Notes: generated by a model from the sequence alone, not told the origin. A stretch of DNA of 29,955 nt from Gemmatimonadaceae bacterium (GCA_040901985.1 JBBDYC010000003.1:124443-154397); one strand, 5' to 3'. Shown: positions 1-9,581, counted from the stretch's first letter. Translations and numbers: made by a program.

Positions 1-2
1 CG

Positions 3-1319
3 CGCGCCGCCGCGGTTCTCGACGCCAGCCAACTCCCCGAGCGCCGCCTCGTGGTCCTGACCGACGGGCAGGCGAGCGCCTGGCGGGACGTCCGCTTCGC
101 CGCCGTGACCGCCGTCGGTGTGGCGCTCTTCGTGCCCGAGCGGGACTCCACGCCAAATCGCGCGGTGCGCGCGCTCTCGGTGGACCCGCCCCACTGGAGT
201 CCGCGCGGCACGGTGCGCGCCACGGTGACCGGCGCCGACTCGGCCTCCTGGCGCCTCACACTCGGCGCCCGGTCACTGGCGCGCGGGACGGTCACGCGCG
301 GCACGCCGGTCGTGGCCCGCGTCGAGGCGCCCGAGCGCGGCTGGTGGGCGGGCACGTTCGAGCTCGAGCCGGACGAACTCCGCGGCGACGATGTGCGGCA
401 CTTCGCCGTGCACGTCGGCGACCCGCCGGCGGTGGCACTCGATCCCGGCGCCGGCGCCTTCCTGCGCGGCGCGGTGGACGCACTCGCCGACGCCGGACGC
501 GTCCGTCGCGGCACCGCGGTTTTTGTCGGCTCAGCTGAGCGCGCCCGGCGTCCGGGACTGCTCTTCGCGCCGTCGGATCCGCTTGACGTCGCGGCGGCGA
601 ACCGCGCGCTCTCGCGCGCCGCGATCCCGGGGCGGTTCGGCGCGCGGCGCACGGGGCCGGCGCCGCTCCGCGGCGAGGGCGTGTCGGGCGCGCGCGCCGA
701 GTCGTGGCACGCGCTCACCGCCGTGCCGGGCGATGCGCGCGCCGACACGCTGGCGCGCGTCGGCGCCGCGCCCTGGGTCGTCGCCGGCGACGGGTACGTC
801 CTTGTCGCCTCGGCCGCCGATGCCGACGTCACCGACCTGCCAATCCGCGCGGCGTTCGTGCCCTGGCTCGACCAGCTCCTCGCGCAGCGCCTCTCGGCGG
901 CGCACGGCATCGCGCGCGACGCCGCGCCGGGCAGCGACGTCGCGGTGCCGGCGGGCGTTGGCGAGCTGGAGTGGCCCGACGGCAGCCGACGCGCCGTCAC
1001 CCCCGGTGCATCGCTCACCGCGCCCTGGGCGGCGGGCGTGTACTTCTGGCTGCGCGACGGCGCACGCGCGGGGGCGCTAGTCGTGAATCCGGAGGCCGCC
1101 GAGTCCGACCTCGAGCTCCTCGCCCCCGACTCGCTCGCCGCCATCGTCCACGCCACTGGCGTCGCGCGCCGCGGTCCCGACCTCGCGCGCGAGACGTTCC
1201 GCGCCGGCGGACGCCGGGCGCTCGACGCCGGCCTGCTCCTCGCCGCGCTCGCCCTCCTCGCGGTCGAGGCGCTCGTCGCGCGCCGCGGACGTTCGGCAGC
1301 GCCGGCGGCTGCTGCCTAG
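3..1319 (+). CDS. 5'-truncated vWA/BatA-type membrane protein (C-terminal part)
   Basis: The frame is open from position 3 (RAAAVLDASQLPERRLVVLTDGQ). VVLTDG resembles the vWA beta-4 motif. It also has DDVRHF, F.P.L..L and VN..AAESDL motifs and a C-terminal TM helix (LLLAALALLAVEALVARR), typical of BatA/vWA double-TM proteins. Confidence 0.7.
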   Translation, partial: RAAAVLDASQLPERRLVVLTDGQASAWRDVRFAAVTAVGVALFVPERDSTPNRAVRALSVDPPHWSPRGTVRATVTGADSASWRLTLGARSLARGTVTRGTPVVARVEAPERGWWAGTFELEPDELRGDDVRHFAVHVGDPPAVALDPGAGAFLRGAVDALADAGRVRRGTAVFVGSAERARRPGLLFAPSDPLDVAAANRALSRAAIPGRFGARRTGPAPLRGEGVSGARAESWHALTAVPGDARADTLARVGAAPWVVAGDGYVLVASAADADVTDLPIRAAFVPWLDQLLAQRLSAAHGIARDAAPGSDVAVPAGVGELEWPDGSRRAVTPGASLTAPWAAGVYFWLRDGARAGALVVNPEAAESDLELLAPDSLAAIVHATGVARRGPDLARETFRAGGRRALDAGLLLAALALLAVEALVARRGRSAAPAAAA

Positions 1320-4300
1320 TGTCGCTCACGCTGCTGGTCGAGCGCCTCGCCGCCCTGCCGGCGTTCACGCGCCTCACCGCCACACTGCCCGCGGTCAACG
1401 GCCGGCTGGCGGTCGGCGGTCTCGTCGGCTCGGCCGACGCCGTGCTGCTCGCGGCGCTCGCCGAGCGCGAACCGAACCGGCTCTTCGTCGTCGTCGCCGA
1501 CCAACTGCCCGACGCCGAGCGATGGCACGCCGACGTGCGCTCGGTGCTCGGCGAGGAGGGCGTGGCGCTGTATCCGCCGCGCGAGGGCTTTGGCGAGGTC
1601 GAGCCGCACGCCGAGGTGGCGGGGGAGCGGGTCGAGACGCTGGAGCGGCTGGCCCGCGGCGCGATCCGCGTGCTCTTCACCACGGCGCGCGCGGTGCAGG
1701 AGCGCACGCGCCTTCCGCGCGCGCTCGCCGAGGCGCGGCTCGAACTCACCAAGGGCGCGCAGTGGCGGCTCGGGGACCTCGCCGCCCACCTCGAGTCGGT
1801 GGGCTTCGAGCGCGTGCCGCTGGTGGAGGACGTCGCGCAGTTCAGCGTCCGCGGCGGGATCGTGGACGTGTACGGCTTCGGGATGCAGGACCCCGTGCGC
1901 CTCGAGTTCTGGGGGGACGAGCTCGTCGAGCTGCGGCTGTTCGACATCTCGTCGCAACGCGCCACCGGGCCGGTCGAGCGTGCGGTGATCCTCCCCGTGG
2001 AGGTCCAGGGCGAGGCGGCCGCCGAGCGCTACGCGCGGGCGTCGCTCGGCGAGCTCTGGCCGCCCGGCACGCTGGTGCTCCTGCCCCGCGGCGCCGCGCT
2101 ACGCGAGGAGTTCGACCGCGTCTGGGGCGAGGCCGAGCATCACCTCGACCTCGCCCGACGACGCGGTGAGGAGGTGGCGTCGCGCGAGGAGTTGCTGCAG
2201 ACGCCGGCCGAGGCGGTCCGTCGGCTCGAGGCCTTCCCGACACTCGAGGTGATTGCCGCCAGCGAGGACGATCCGCGCGCGGTGGTCTTCCCGCTCAAGC
2301 CGCCCGAGCCGGTGGACCGCGATATGGCACGTCTCGCCGCCCTCGTCCGCGACGGAACACCGACCTTGATCCTCTGCGACAACAGCGGCCAGGCCGAGCG
2401 CCTGGAGGAGCTGATTGACGGAGCGCGCGAAGGGGGCGGCCGCCTCTCGGCGACGCTGACGATTGGCGTGCTCGGCGGCGGCTTCGTCATCCCGCCGCGT
2501 GGACCGGGCGGACTGCGCGTCCTCACCGACCACGAGATCTTCCGCCGCGAGCGCCGCATCCGGCGGGCGCGGCGCTACGCCACCGGCGCCGCGCTCGAGC
2601 ACGTCACGGCGCTCAAGGAAGGCGACTACGTCGTCCATCTCGAGCACGGCGTGGGGATCTACCGCGGGATGACGACGATCTTCCACGGCGAGGCAACGAT
2701 CGAGGTCGCGGTGATCGAGTACGAGGGCGGCGACCGGCTCAACGTGCCGCTCTACCGGCTCGACCAGATCGAGCGCTACCGCGCGGCGGGCGACATTGAC
2801 GACGACGCGCCGCCGCCTCGGCTCCACAAGCTCGGCGGCAGGAAGTGGGGCCAGCAGAAGGAGCGCACCCGCTCGGCGCTCCGCGAAATGACGGCCGAGT
2901 TGCTCGACCTCTACGCGCGCCGGAAGATCGCCAGCCGGCCCCCGCACCATCCCGACGGGGCGTGGCAAAAGCAGCTCGAGAGCTCGTTCCTCTTTGAGGA
3001 CACGCCCGACCAGCGCACCGCCACCGAGCAGGTGAAGCGCGATATGGAAGGGCCGCGCCCGATGGACCGGGTGCTCGTCGGCGACGTCGGCTACGGCAAG
3101 ACCGAGATTGCCGTCCGCGCCGCCTTCAAGGCGGTCCAGGGCGGGCGACAGGTGGCCGTGCTCGTCCCGACGACGGTGCTCGCCGAGCAGCACGCGCGCA
3201 CCTTCGGCGAGCGATTCGCCGACTTCCCCGTCCGGATCGCCGTGATGAGCCGATTCCAGACACCGAAGGAACAGCGCGCCGCGCTCGCCGAGCTCGCCGC
3301 CGGGTCGGTGGACGTCGTGATCGGCACCCATCGCCTGCTCAGTCCCGACGTCGTCTTCAAGGCGCTCGGCTTGATCGTCGTGGACGAGGAGCACCGGTTC
3401 GGCGTGAAGCACAAAGAGCGCCTCAAGCAGTTGAAGCTCGAGACCGACGTGCTGACGCTCACCGCGACGCCAATCCCGCGGACGCTGCACCAGTCGCTCG
3501 CCGGACTGCGCGACATGATCCTGATGCAGACGCCGCCGCGCGACCGCTCGCCGGTGCTGACCTTCCTTGAGCCGTGGGATGACGGCCTGATCGAGGAGGG
3601 AATCGCCCGCGAGCTCGACCGCGGCGGCCAGGTGTTCTTCGTCCACAACCGGATCGAGACGATCGAGGCGATCGCCGACCACGTGCGCCGCGTCGTCCCG
3701 CGGGCACGGGTGGAGGTCGGGCACGGCCAGATGAAGGAACGCGCGCTGGAGCAGGTGATGCGGCGCTTCGTGGCCGGGGAGATAGACGTCCTCGTCTCGA
3801 CGCTCATCGTCGAGAGCGGCATTGACGTGCCGAACGCCAACACGATGTTCGTGAACCGCGCCGACCGGCTGGGGCTCGCGCAACTGTACCAGCTCCGCGG
3901 CCGCGTCGGGCGCTCTCACCGGCGCGCCTATTGTTATCTGATCGTGCCCGAGCAGCCCGACGAGGACGCCGAGCGGCGGCTGCGCGTGCTCGAGCACCAC
4001 ACCGAGCTCGGGTCCGGGTACCGCGTGGCGCTCAAGGACATGGAACTGCGCGGGGCGGGGAATCTCCTCGGCCCCGAGCAGTCGGGCTTCGTCCACGCGG
4101 TGGGCTTCGACCTCTACCTCCGGATGCTCGACGAGGCGGTCGCGCGGATGCAGCGCGGCGACGATGCACCCCCGCCGCCGCCGGCCGACGTCACGCTCGA
4201 CGTGCCGGCATATCTCCCCGACGAGTACATCGCGTCGCACGCGGTGAAGCTCGACCTCTACCGGCGGTTCGGCGGCGCCCGCGCCGCGGCGGACGTGGAC

Positions 4301-4624
4301 GCGCTGCGCGACGAGGTGCGCGACCGCTTCGGCCCCCTGCCGCCGCCGGCCGAGGCCTACTTCGCCGTCGCCCGCCTTCGGCTCCTCGGCGCCCCCCTCG
4401 GCGTCGAGGGCATCCTGGTGCGGGGCGACGAGGCCCGTATTAGCTTCCGGGCTGATGCCGTCCCGCGTCTGAAGCCGCTGTCGGCCGCCTTCCGGGACGT
4501 GCAATTCCAATTGGACGTGCGTCGGGTTCAACCCCTGTCGCTGAAGCTCACGCGGCTGGGTGGCGGGACCCTGTTGGACGGACTTGTCCGGGCGCTGCGG
4601 ACCATCGTTCCCGATGCACGGTAG
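1319..4624 (+). CDS. mfd: Transcription-repair coupling factor Mfd
   Basis: UvrB-like QFSVRGGIVD, CarD/RID GDYVVHLEHGVG, helicase motifs GDVGYGKT, DEEH, TATPIPRT, QLRGRVGR, TRG motif DMELRGAGNLLG and a C-terminal TRCF domain. The GTG start at 1319 overlaps the upstream TAG; the 704 start in the ORF track is a spurious extension. Confidence 0.97.
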   Translation: MSLTLLVERLAALPAFTRLTATLPAVNGRLAVGGLVGSADAVLLAALAEREPNRLFVVVADQLPDAERWHADVRSVLGEEGVALYPPREGFGEVEPHAEVAGERVETLERLARGAIRVLFTTARAVQERTRLPRALAEARLELTKGAQWRLGDLAAHLESVGFERVPLVEDVAQFSVRGGIVDVYGFGMQDPVRLEFWGDELVELRLFDISSQRATGPVERAVILPVEVQGEAAAERYARASLGELWPPGTLVLLPRGAALREEFDRVWGEAEHHLDLARRRGEEVASREELLQTPAEAVRRLEAFPTLEVIAASEDDPRAVVFPLKPPEPVDRDMARLAALVRDGTPTLILCDNSGQAERLEELIDGAREGGGRLSATLTIGVLGGGFVIPPRGPGGLRVLTDHEIFRRERRIRRARRYATGAALEHVTALKEGDYVVHLEHGVGIYRGMTTIFHGEATIEVAVIEYEGGDRLNVPLYRLDQIERYRAAGDIDDDAPPPRLHKLGGRKWGQQKERTRSALREMTAELLDLYARRKIASRPPHHPDGAWQKQLESSFLFEDTPDQRTATEQVKRDMEGPRPMDRVLVGDVGYGKTEIAVRAAFKAVQGGRQVAVLVPTTVLAEQHARTFGERFADFPVRIAVMSRFQTPKEQRAALAELAAGSVDVVIGTHRLLSPDVVFKALGLIVVDEEHRFGVKHKERLKQLKLETDVLTLTATPIPRTLHQSLAGLRDMILMQTPPRDRSPVLTFLEPWDDGLIEEGIARELDRGGQVFFVHNRIETIEAIADHVRRVVPRARVEVGHGQMKERALEQVMRRFVAGEIDVLVSTLIVESGIDVPNANTMFVNRADRLGLAQLYQLRGRVGRSHRRAYCYLIVPEQPDEDAERRLRVLEHHTELGSGYRVALKDMELRGAGNLLGPEQSGFVHAVGFDLYLRMLDEAVARMQRGDDAPPPPPADVTLDVPAYLPDEYIASHAVKLDLYRRFGGARAAADVDALRDEVRDRFGPLPPPAEAYFAVARLRLLGAPLGVEGILVRGDEARISFRADAVPRLKPLSAAFRDVQFQLDVRRVQPLSLKLTRLGGGTLLDGLVRALRTIVPDAR

Positions 4625-4648
4625 AAGGACCCTTCCCCTTTCCCCGCA

Positions 4649-6079
4649 ATGACCCGTCACTCCCTGAAGTCCATCGTCCTGCTCGGCCTGCTCCTCGTTC
4701 CCGCCTGTGCGGCGTTCAAGGACGCGATGACGGCGCATTCGGATGTCGTCGCACGCGCCGGTTCGCAGGACCTCACGGTCAACCGCCTCGCCGGGCTGCT
4801 GGCCAACTCCGAAGCGCCGCTCCGCCCCGACGTCGCCCGCACGATTGCCCAGATCTGGGTGAACTACCAGCTGCTCGGGCTCGCCGGCGCCGAGGGCGAC
4901 TCGCTCGCCACCACCGAGGCGGCCGACCAGGGGATGTGGTCAGCGATCGCGCAGCTCCGCACGCGGAAGTTCTACGAGATCGTCTCGAAGGACTGGGTGA
5001 CGACGGACCCGAGCAGCTACGAACAGCTCTATAACGACGGCGAGCTGCTCGCGGCGGCGCACATCCTGCTGGCCAAGCAGCCGACCGGCCTCGTGCCGAC
5101 GGCCAACGACTCGGTCCGCCGCGACGCCGAGCGCCTGCGCGCGACGGTGACCTCGGCGAACTTCGCGCGCCTCGCGCGCGAGCGGTCGGCCGACCCGGGG
5201 TCGCGCGAGCGCGGTGGCGACTACGGCGTCTTCCCACGCGGCCAGATGGTGCCGGAGTTCGACGCCGGCGTCCTCTCGGTCGCGCCGGGCCAGATCTCGC
5301 AGGTGATCGAGACGCAATACGGGTTCCACATCATCCGCCGCTCGACCTGGGACGAGATCAAGGAGCAGTTCGCGCAGGCCTACGAGGGCGTCGCGCTCGC
5401 GCGCGCCGAGAGCGTCTTCTTCGACGGCGTCGAGCGCGCGGCCAACGTGCAGGTGCGCTCGAGCGCACCCAAGCTGGTGAAGGCGATCGCCGAGGACGTG
5501 GACGCCTACCGCGACGACCGGAGCGTGGTTGCCACGGCGCGCAGCGGCAACCTCACCGCCGGCCGGCTGGCCCACTGGATTGGCGCCTTCCCGGCGCAGG
5601 CGCAAATGCGCGGCCAGGTGCTCTCGGCGCCCGACTCGGTGATCCCGCTCTTCGTGAAGAACATCATGCGCAGCGAGCTCCTGCTGCGGATGGCCGACTC
5701 GGCCGGGATCCAGCTCGACAGCGCCGAGCTGGCCGAGGTGCGCACGGCCTTCACGGCCGGCGTCGCGCGGACGGCGGCGATGCTCAACCTGGCGCCGCAC
5801 CAGTTGGCGGACGCCGGCGCGGACCGCTCGGCGCGGGCCGCCGTGGCGGCGGCGCGGGTGGACGAGTACCTGGGCAAGCTGCTCCGCAACGAGGGAGAGT
5901 ACATCGAGGTGCCGGAGCAGCTCGCCCTCGTGCTGCGCAGCAAGTACGAGAGCCGCGTGGTGAGCGCCGGCCTCGACCGCGCGCTGGTCCGCGCGACGGA
6001 GATGCGCGCGACGGCCGACTCGTTGGCCGCTGCCGGTGCCCCGCCGTCGGCGGTGCCGGTCCCTGGCCAGCCCCGGTGA
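4649..6079 (+). CDS. Parvulin (PpiC-type) peptidyl-prolyl isomerase, probable lipoprotein (PrsA/PpiD-like)
   Basis: Signal peptide ending LLVPAC. Rotamase motifs AAHILL, FARLARERSADPGS..RGGDYG.F.RGQMVPEFD and ETQYGFHII. Confidence 0.85.
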   Translation: MTRHSLKSIVLLGLLLVPACAAFKDAMTAHSDVVARAGSQDLTVNRLAGLLANSEAPLRPDVARTIAQIWVNYQLLGLAGAEGDSLATTEAADQGMWSAIAQLRTRKFYEIVSKDWVTTDPSSYEQLYNDGELLAAAHILLAKQPTGLVPTANDSVRRDAERLRATVTSANFARLARERSADPGSRERGGDYGVFPRGQMVPEFDAGVLSVAPGQISQVIETQYGFHIIRRSTWDEIKEQFAQAYEGVALARAESVFFDGVERAANVQVRSSAPKLVKAIAEDVDAYRDDRSVVATARSGNLTAGRLAHWIGAFPAQAQMRGQVLSAPDSVIPLFVKNIMRSELLLRMADSAGIQLDSAELAEVRTAFTAGVARTAAMLNLAPHQLADAGADRSARAAVAAARVDEYLGKLLRNEGEYIEVPEQLALVLRSKYESRVVSAGLDRALVRATEMRATADSLAAAGAPPSAVPVPGQPR

Positions 6080-6083
6080 CCTG

Positions 6084-7412
6084 ATGCGCCGTCCGTTGCT
6101 GCTTCAGCTCGCGATCCTCGGCGCCCTTGCGGTGCCCGCGGCGGCGCAGGATGCGCCGCCGCTCGGCGCGATGCTGCTGATTGATGTGGACCGGATCGTC
6201 GCGGTCGTCGCGAAGCGGCCAATCCTGTACAGCGAGGTGCTGGAGCAGGTCAACCTCGCGCGCGCGCGCGGGCTCGAGATCCCGCGCGATTCGGCGGGCC
6301 AGATGGCGATCGCCCGGGACTTCCTCTCGCGGATCGTGGACGAGGAGGTGTTGGTCACGGTGGCCAAGGAATACGACCTCGTGGTCACGGAGATCGAGGT
6401 CGGCCCGACGGTGGACCGCTCGATCGAGGATATCCGTGCGCGCTTCCCCTCGGAAGCCGAGTTCCGCGACGCGTTGCGCCGCGAGGGGTACGGGACGCCA
6501 GAGGAGTATCGGCGGCGGTCCATTGAGGTGGCGATCCGCCAGCAGCTGCAGGGCAAGGCGATGGACACGCTCCGGGCGCTTGGCCGCGTGGCGCCGGTGA
6601 ACGTGACCGAGCGCGAGGTGGTGGAGGCGTTTGAGCGCGCCAAGGCGCAGCTCGGGCCGCGGCCGGCCACCGTGGCCTTCCGCCAACTCGCCATCAAGCC
6701 GCAACCGCGCGCCGAGAGCCGGCTGGCGGCACGGCGCCTCATTGACTCCCTGCGCGTGGCGATTGACCGGGGCGCAGAGTTCGAGGAGGTCGCGCGGACC
6801 TTCTCCAGGGACGGCAGCGCCGCGCAGGGCGGGGACCTCGGCTGGAGCCGGCGCGGCCGGATGGTGCCGGCCTTCGACCAGATGATGTTCGCGCTCCTGC
6901 CGGGACGCGTCAGTCCGGTGGTCGAGACCGAGTACGGCTTCCACCTGATCCGCGTGGATCGCGTGCGGCCCGGCGAGGTGCGGGCGCGGCACATCCTCAT
7001 CACCCCGGCGCTCGATACCGCCGATGTGCAGGCCGCGCGCGTGCGCGCCGACTCGGCGCTCGCCGCGTGGAAGGCAGGCGTGCCCTTCGACACGCTCGTC
7101 GCGCGCTACCACGACCCGTCGGAGGAGCGCGCCATCCCCGACGGCGTGCCGGTGGACTCGTTGCCGGTGGAGTATCGGCTGGCGCTGCGCAACCTTCCGA
7201 CCGGAGCGTTCAGCGAGGTCTTCTCGGTCCCGGACCCGGTGACCGGATTCCAGAAATGGCTCGTGGCGCAGGTCGTGAGCGCGCTGCCGGCCGGCGAGTA
7301 CACGCTCGGCGAGTTCCAGGAGCGGGTGCGCCAGCAACTGAAGGAGGAGAAGTCGGTGCGCCGGACCCTCGACATCCTCCGCCGCGAGTACTACGTGGCG
7401 TTGCGATTGTGA
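6084..7412 (+). CDS. surA: SurA-like periplasmic chaperone/PPIase
   Basis: Signal peptide (AVPAAAQ), SurA N-domain VDRIVAVV..RPILYSEV, parvulin motifs GGDLGW, MVPAFD, ETEYGFHLI, VRARHILI and a second degenerate PPIase domain. It precedes pdxA as in the canonical surA-pdxA arrangement. Confidence 0.85.
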   Translation: MRRPLLLQLAILGALAVPAAAQDAPPLGAMLLIDVDRIVAVVAKRPILYSEVLEQVNLARARGLEIPRDSAGQMAIARDFLSRIVDEEVLVTVAKEYDLVVTEIEVGPTVDRSIEDIRARFPSEAEFRDALRREGYGTPEEYRRRSIEVAIRQQLQGKAMDTLRALGRVAPVNVTEREVVEAFERAKAQLGPRPATVAFRQLAIKPQPRAESRLAARRLIDSLRVAIDRGAEFEEVARTFSRDGSAAQGGDLGWSRRGRMVPAFDQMMFALLPGRVSPVVETEYGFHLIRVDRVRPGEVRARHILITPALDTADVQAARVRADSALAAWKAGVPFDTLVARYHDPSEERAIPDGVPVDSLPVEYRLALRNLPTGAFSEVFSVPDPVTGFQKWLVAQVVSALPAGEYTLGEFQERVRQQLKEEKSVRRTLDILRREYYVALRL

Positions 7413-8392
7413 CGCGTCCCGTCCTCGCCATCACGCTCGGGGACCCTCGAGGAATCGGCCCGGAGATCGTCCAGAGAGCGCTCGCGACCCCGGAGGTTGC
7501 GGGCGCTGCTCGCTTCGTGGTGGTCGGGCCGGAGGGCGTCGGGGTGGCGGTGGACGAGTCGGTGGGGCGGTGGGACGGGGGGAGCGGCGCGAGCGGGGCT
7601 GCGGCAGCGGGTGCAGCGGGTGTAGCGGCGCGCGATGCGGCGGCCGGCGCGCTGGCCGGCGCGGCGATCGTCCGCGCGGTGGACCTGGCGCGCTCCGGCG
7701 CGGTGCAGGGGATCGTGACCGCTCCGATTGACAAGGCGGCGCTCCACGCGGCGGGATTCCCCGACCCCGGCCACACCGAAATGCTGGAACGGCTGGTGGG
7801 CACACCGACCGCGATGATGCTCGCCTCGCCGCGCCTGCGCGTGGTGCTGGCGACGACGCACCTCGCGCTCCGTGACGTGCCGGCCGCGGTGACCGGCGCC
7901 GTGATCGCGCGCGCGGCGGCGATCACCGCCAGCGGCCTGCGCGACTGGTTCGGGATCGCCGCGCCACGGATTGCGCTCTGTGCGCTCAACCCGCACGGTG
8001 GCGACGGCGGGCGCTTCGGCGACGAGGACCGGCGCGTGCTCGCGCCGGCGGCCCGGGCGGCGGGGATCGCCGGCCCGTTCCCCGCCGATACGGTCTTCGT
8101 GCGCGCCCTGCGCGGCGAGTTCGACGCGGTGATCGCGCCCTACCACGACGTGGGGATGACGGCAATCAAGGTGGCGAGCTTCGGCGAGGCGGTGAACGTC
8201 ACGCTCGGCCTCCCGTTCCCGCGCACCTCGCCCGACCACGGCACCGCGCTCGACATCGCGGGGACGGGGGTGGCGAGTGCGTCGTCGCTGATCGCGGCGA
8301 TCCAACTCTGCGCGGCGATTGCGGCGCGGCTGGCGCTGGTCGAGGCGACGGCGTCCGGAACTGGCCCGCCGCGCATCGTCGGGCGAGATTAG
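7409..8392 (+). CDS. pdxA: 4-hydroxythreonine-4-phosphate dehydrogenase
   Basis: AITLGDPRGIGPE, TAPIDK, GHTE, LNPH, PADTVF, YHD and NVTLGLPFPRTSPDHGTALDIAG. The GTG start overlaps the surA stop (GTGA). Confidence 0.95.
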   Translation: MTRPVLAITLGDPRGIGPEIVQRALATPEVAGAARFVVVGPEGVGVAVDESVGRWDGGSGASGAAAAGAAGVAARDAAAGALAGAAIVRAVDLARSGAVQGIVTAPIDKAALHAAGFPDPGHTEMLERLVGTPTAMMLASPRLRVVLATTHLALRDVPAAVTGAVIARAAAITASGLRDWFGIAAPRIALCALNPHGGDGGRFGDEDRRVLAPAARAAGIAGPFPADTVFVRALRGEFDAVIAPYHDVGMTAIKVASFGEAVNVTLGLPFPRTSPDHGTALDIAGTGVASASSLIAAIQLCAAIAARLALVEATASGTGPPRIVGRD

Positions 8393-8456
8393 GGGCGGTG
8401 CCGCGGCGGCTGACGCGGAGCTTCCACCTAGAGCGATGCGGGCCAACCGGACGAGA

Positions 8457-9581
8457 ATGGTGACCAAGCGCGACGAGACGGCGGGCTACGACGACTGCCA
8501 GATCACCCGCGAGGGTGTCGCCCGCGAGGGTGTCGCCCGCGAGGGTGTCGCCCGCGAGGGTGTCACCCGCGAGGGTGTCACCCGCGAGGGTGTCGCCCGC
8601 GAGGGGGTGGGCGGCGGTGTGGGGCACGTCCACGATCAGGGCCACGCCGACCACGCCGACCACGCCGACCACGCCCCCCACGCCCACGCAGCCGCGGCGG
8701 GGACGGCACGGCTGGCGATCGCGCTCACCATCACGGCGGTCTTCTTCGTGGTCGAGGTCATCGGCGGCGTCCTGTCGAACTCCCTCGCCCTGCTGGCCGA
8801 CGCCGGCCATATGCTCACCGACGTCGGCGCGCTCGCGCTCTCGCTCTTCGTGGCCTGGTTCAGCCGCCAACCGGCGACCCCGCGGAAGAGCTTCGGCTAC
8901 CTGCGCTGGGAGATCCTTGCCGCGCTGATCAATGGCGCCGTGCTTCTCGTGGTGTCGGGGTGGATCCTCTGGGAATCGGTGCAGCGGATCCGCGCGCCGG
9001 AGCCGATCGTCGGCGGCCTGATGCTGGTCGTCGCGACGGGCGGCCTGCTGGTGAATGGCCTCAGCGCCTGGCTCCTCCACCGCAGCGCGGCGGAGAGTCT
9101 CAACCTGCGTGGCGCCTACCTCCACGTGCTCAGCGACCTGCTCGGCTCGGTCGCCGCGATCGTCGCCGCGCTGGCGGTCCGCCAGTTCGGGTGGTTGCTC
9201 GCGGACCCGTTGGCCTCCATCCTGATGACGGGCCTGATCATCCGCGGGGCGTGGCGCCTGGTCCGCGAGGCGGTGGACGTGCTGCTGGAGGCGACGCCGG
9301 CGCATATTGACCTCGCGGCCCTGCGCACGGCGATGCAGGAGGTCCGTGGGGTGGGGGAGGTGCACGACCTGCACGTCTGGACCCTGACGTCCGGGGTGGT
9401 GGCGATGAGCGCGCACGCGGTGGTGCCGGTGGAGCGCGACCATCAAGCGGTGCTCGAAGGGCTGCACAGGGCGGTCGGCGGCTTCGGCATCCGGCACGCG
9501 ACGATCCAACTCGAAGGCGAACCGCTCACGGCCTGCGGCCGCGGCATCGCCGACCACACTCTCACTCCGGCGACCTCCTGA
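8457..9581 (+). CDS. czcD: Cation diffusion facilitator, Zn/Co/Cd exporter (CzcD/ZitB-like)
   Basis: SLALLADAGHMLTD, SFGYLRWEILAALING, NLRGAYLHVLSD, HDLHVWTL, HATIQLE and a His-rich N-terminal segment. The start is uncertain: ATG 8436, ATG 8457 or GTG 8619. Confidence 0.9.
   Translation: MVTKRDETAGYDDCQITREGVAREGVAREGVAREGVTREGVTREGVAREGVGGGVGHVHDQGHADHADHADHAPHAHAAAAGTARLAIALTITAVFFVVEVIGGVLSNSLALLADAGHMLTDVGALALSLFVAWFSRQPATPRKSFGYLRWEILAALINGAVLLVVSGWILWESVQRIRAPEPIVGGLMLVVATGGLLVNGLSAWLLHRSAAESLNLRGAYLHVLSDLLGSVAAIVAALAVRQFGWLLADPLASILMTGLIIRGAWRLVREAVDVLLEATPAHIDLAALRTAMQEVRGVGEVHDLHVWTLTSGVVAMSAHAVVPVERDHQAVLEGLHRAVGGFGIRHATIQLEGEPLTACGRGIADHTLTPATS
8503..8607 (+). repeat. 15-bp tandem repeat (T-CRCCC-GCGA-GGGTG), 6 full copies plus 1 degenerate
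   Basis: Read directly: CCCGCGAGGGTGTC(G/A) at 8506, 8521, 8536, 8551, 8566 and 8581, partial at 8596. It encodes REGV(A/T) if translated in the CDF frame. Confidence 0.97.
8643..8675 (+). repeat. 9-bp tandem repeat CACGCCGAC x3.7 encoding His-Ala-Asp repeats
   Basis: Read directly; forms the His-rich N-terminus of the CDF (HADHADHADHA). Confidence 0.9.

Noticed and set aside
704..1318. 205-aa N-terminal extension of Mfd in the ORF track
   Set aside because: It is an Arg-rich off-frame read of the upstream gene. Mfd-like sequence starts at GTG 1319.
2099..4738. 879-aa antisense ORF and other long shadow ORFs (e.g. 5784-7337, 14055-15731, 21397-22866, 24904-26346)
   Set aside because: They overlap well-supported genes, lack motifs, and are expected from stop-codon scarcity at high GC.
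8503..8607. CRISPR array or type III toxin-antitoxin RNA array
   Set aside because: Units are 15 bp, contiguous and spacer-less. No cas genes are present, and the downstream gene is a clear CDF transporter, not a toxin.
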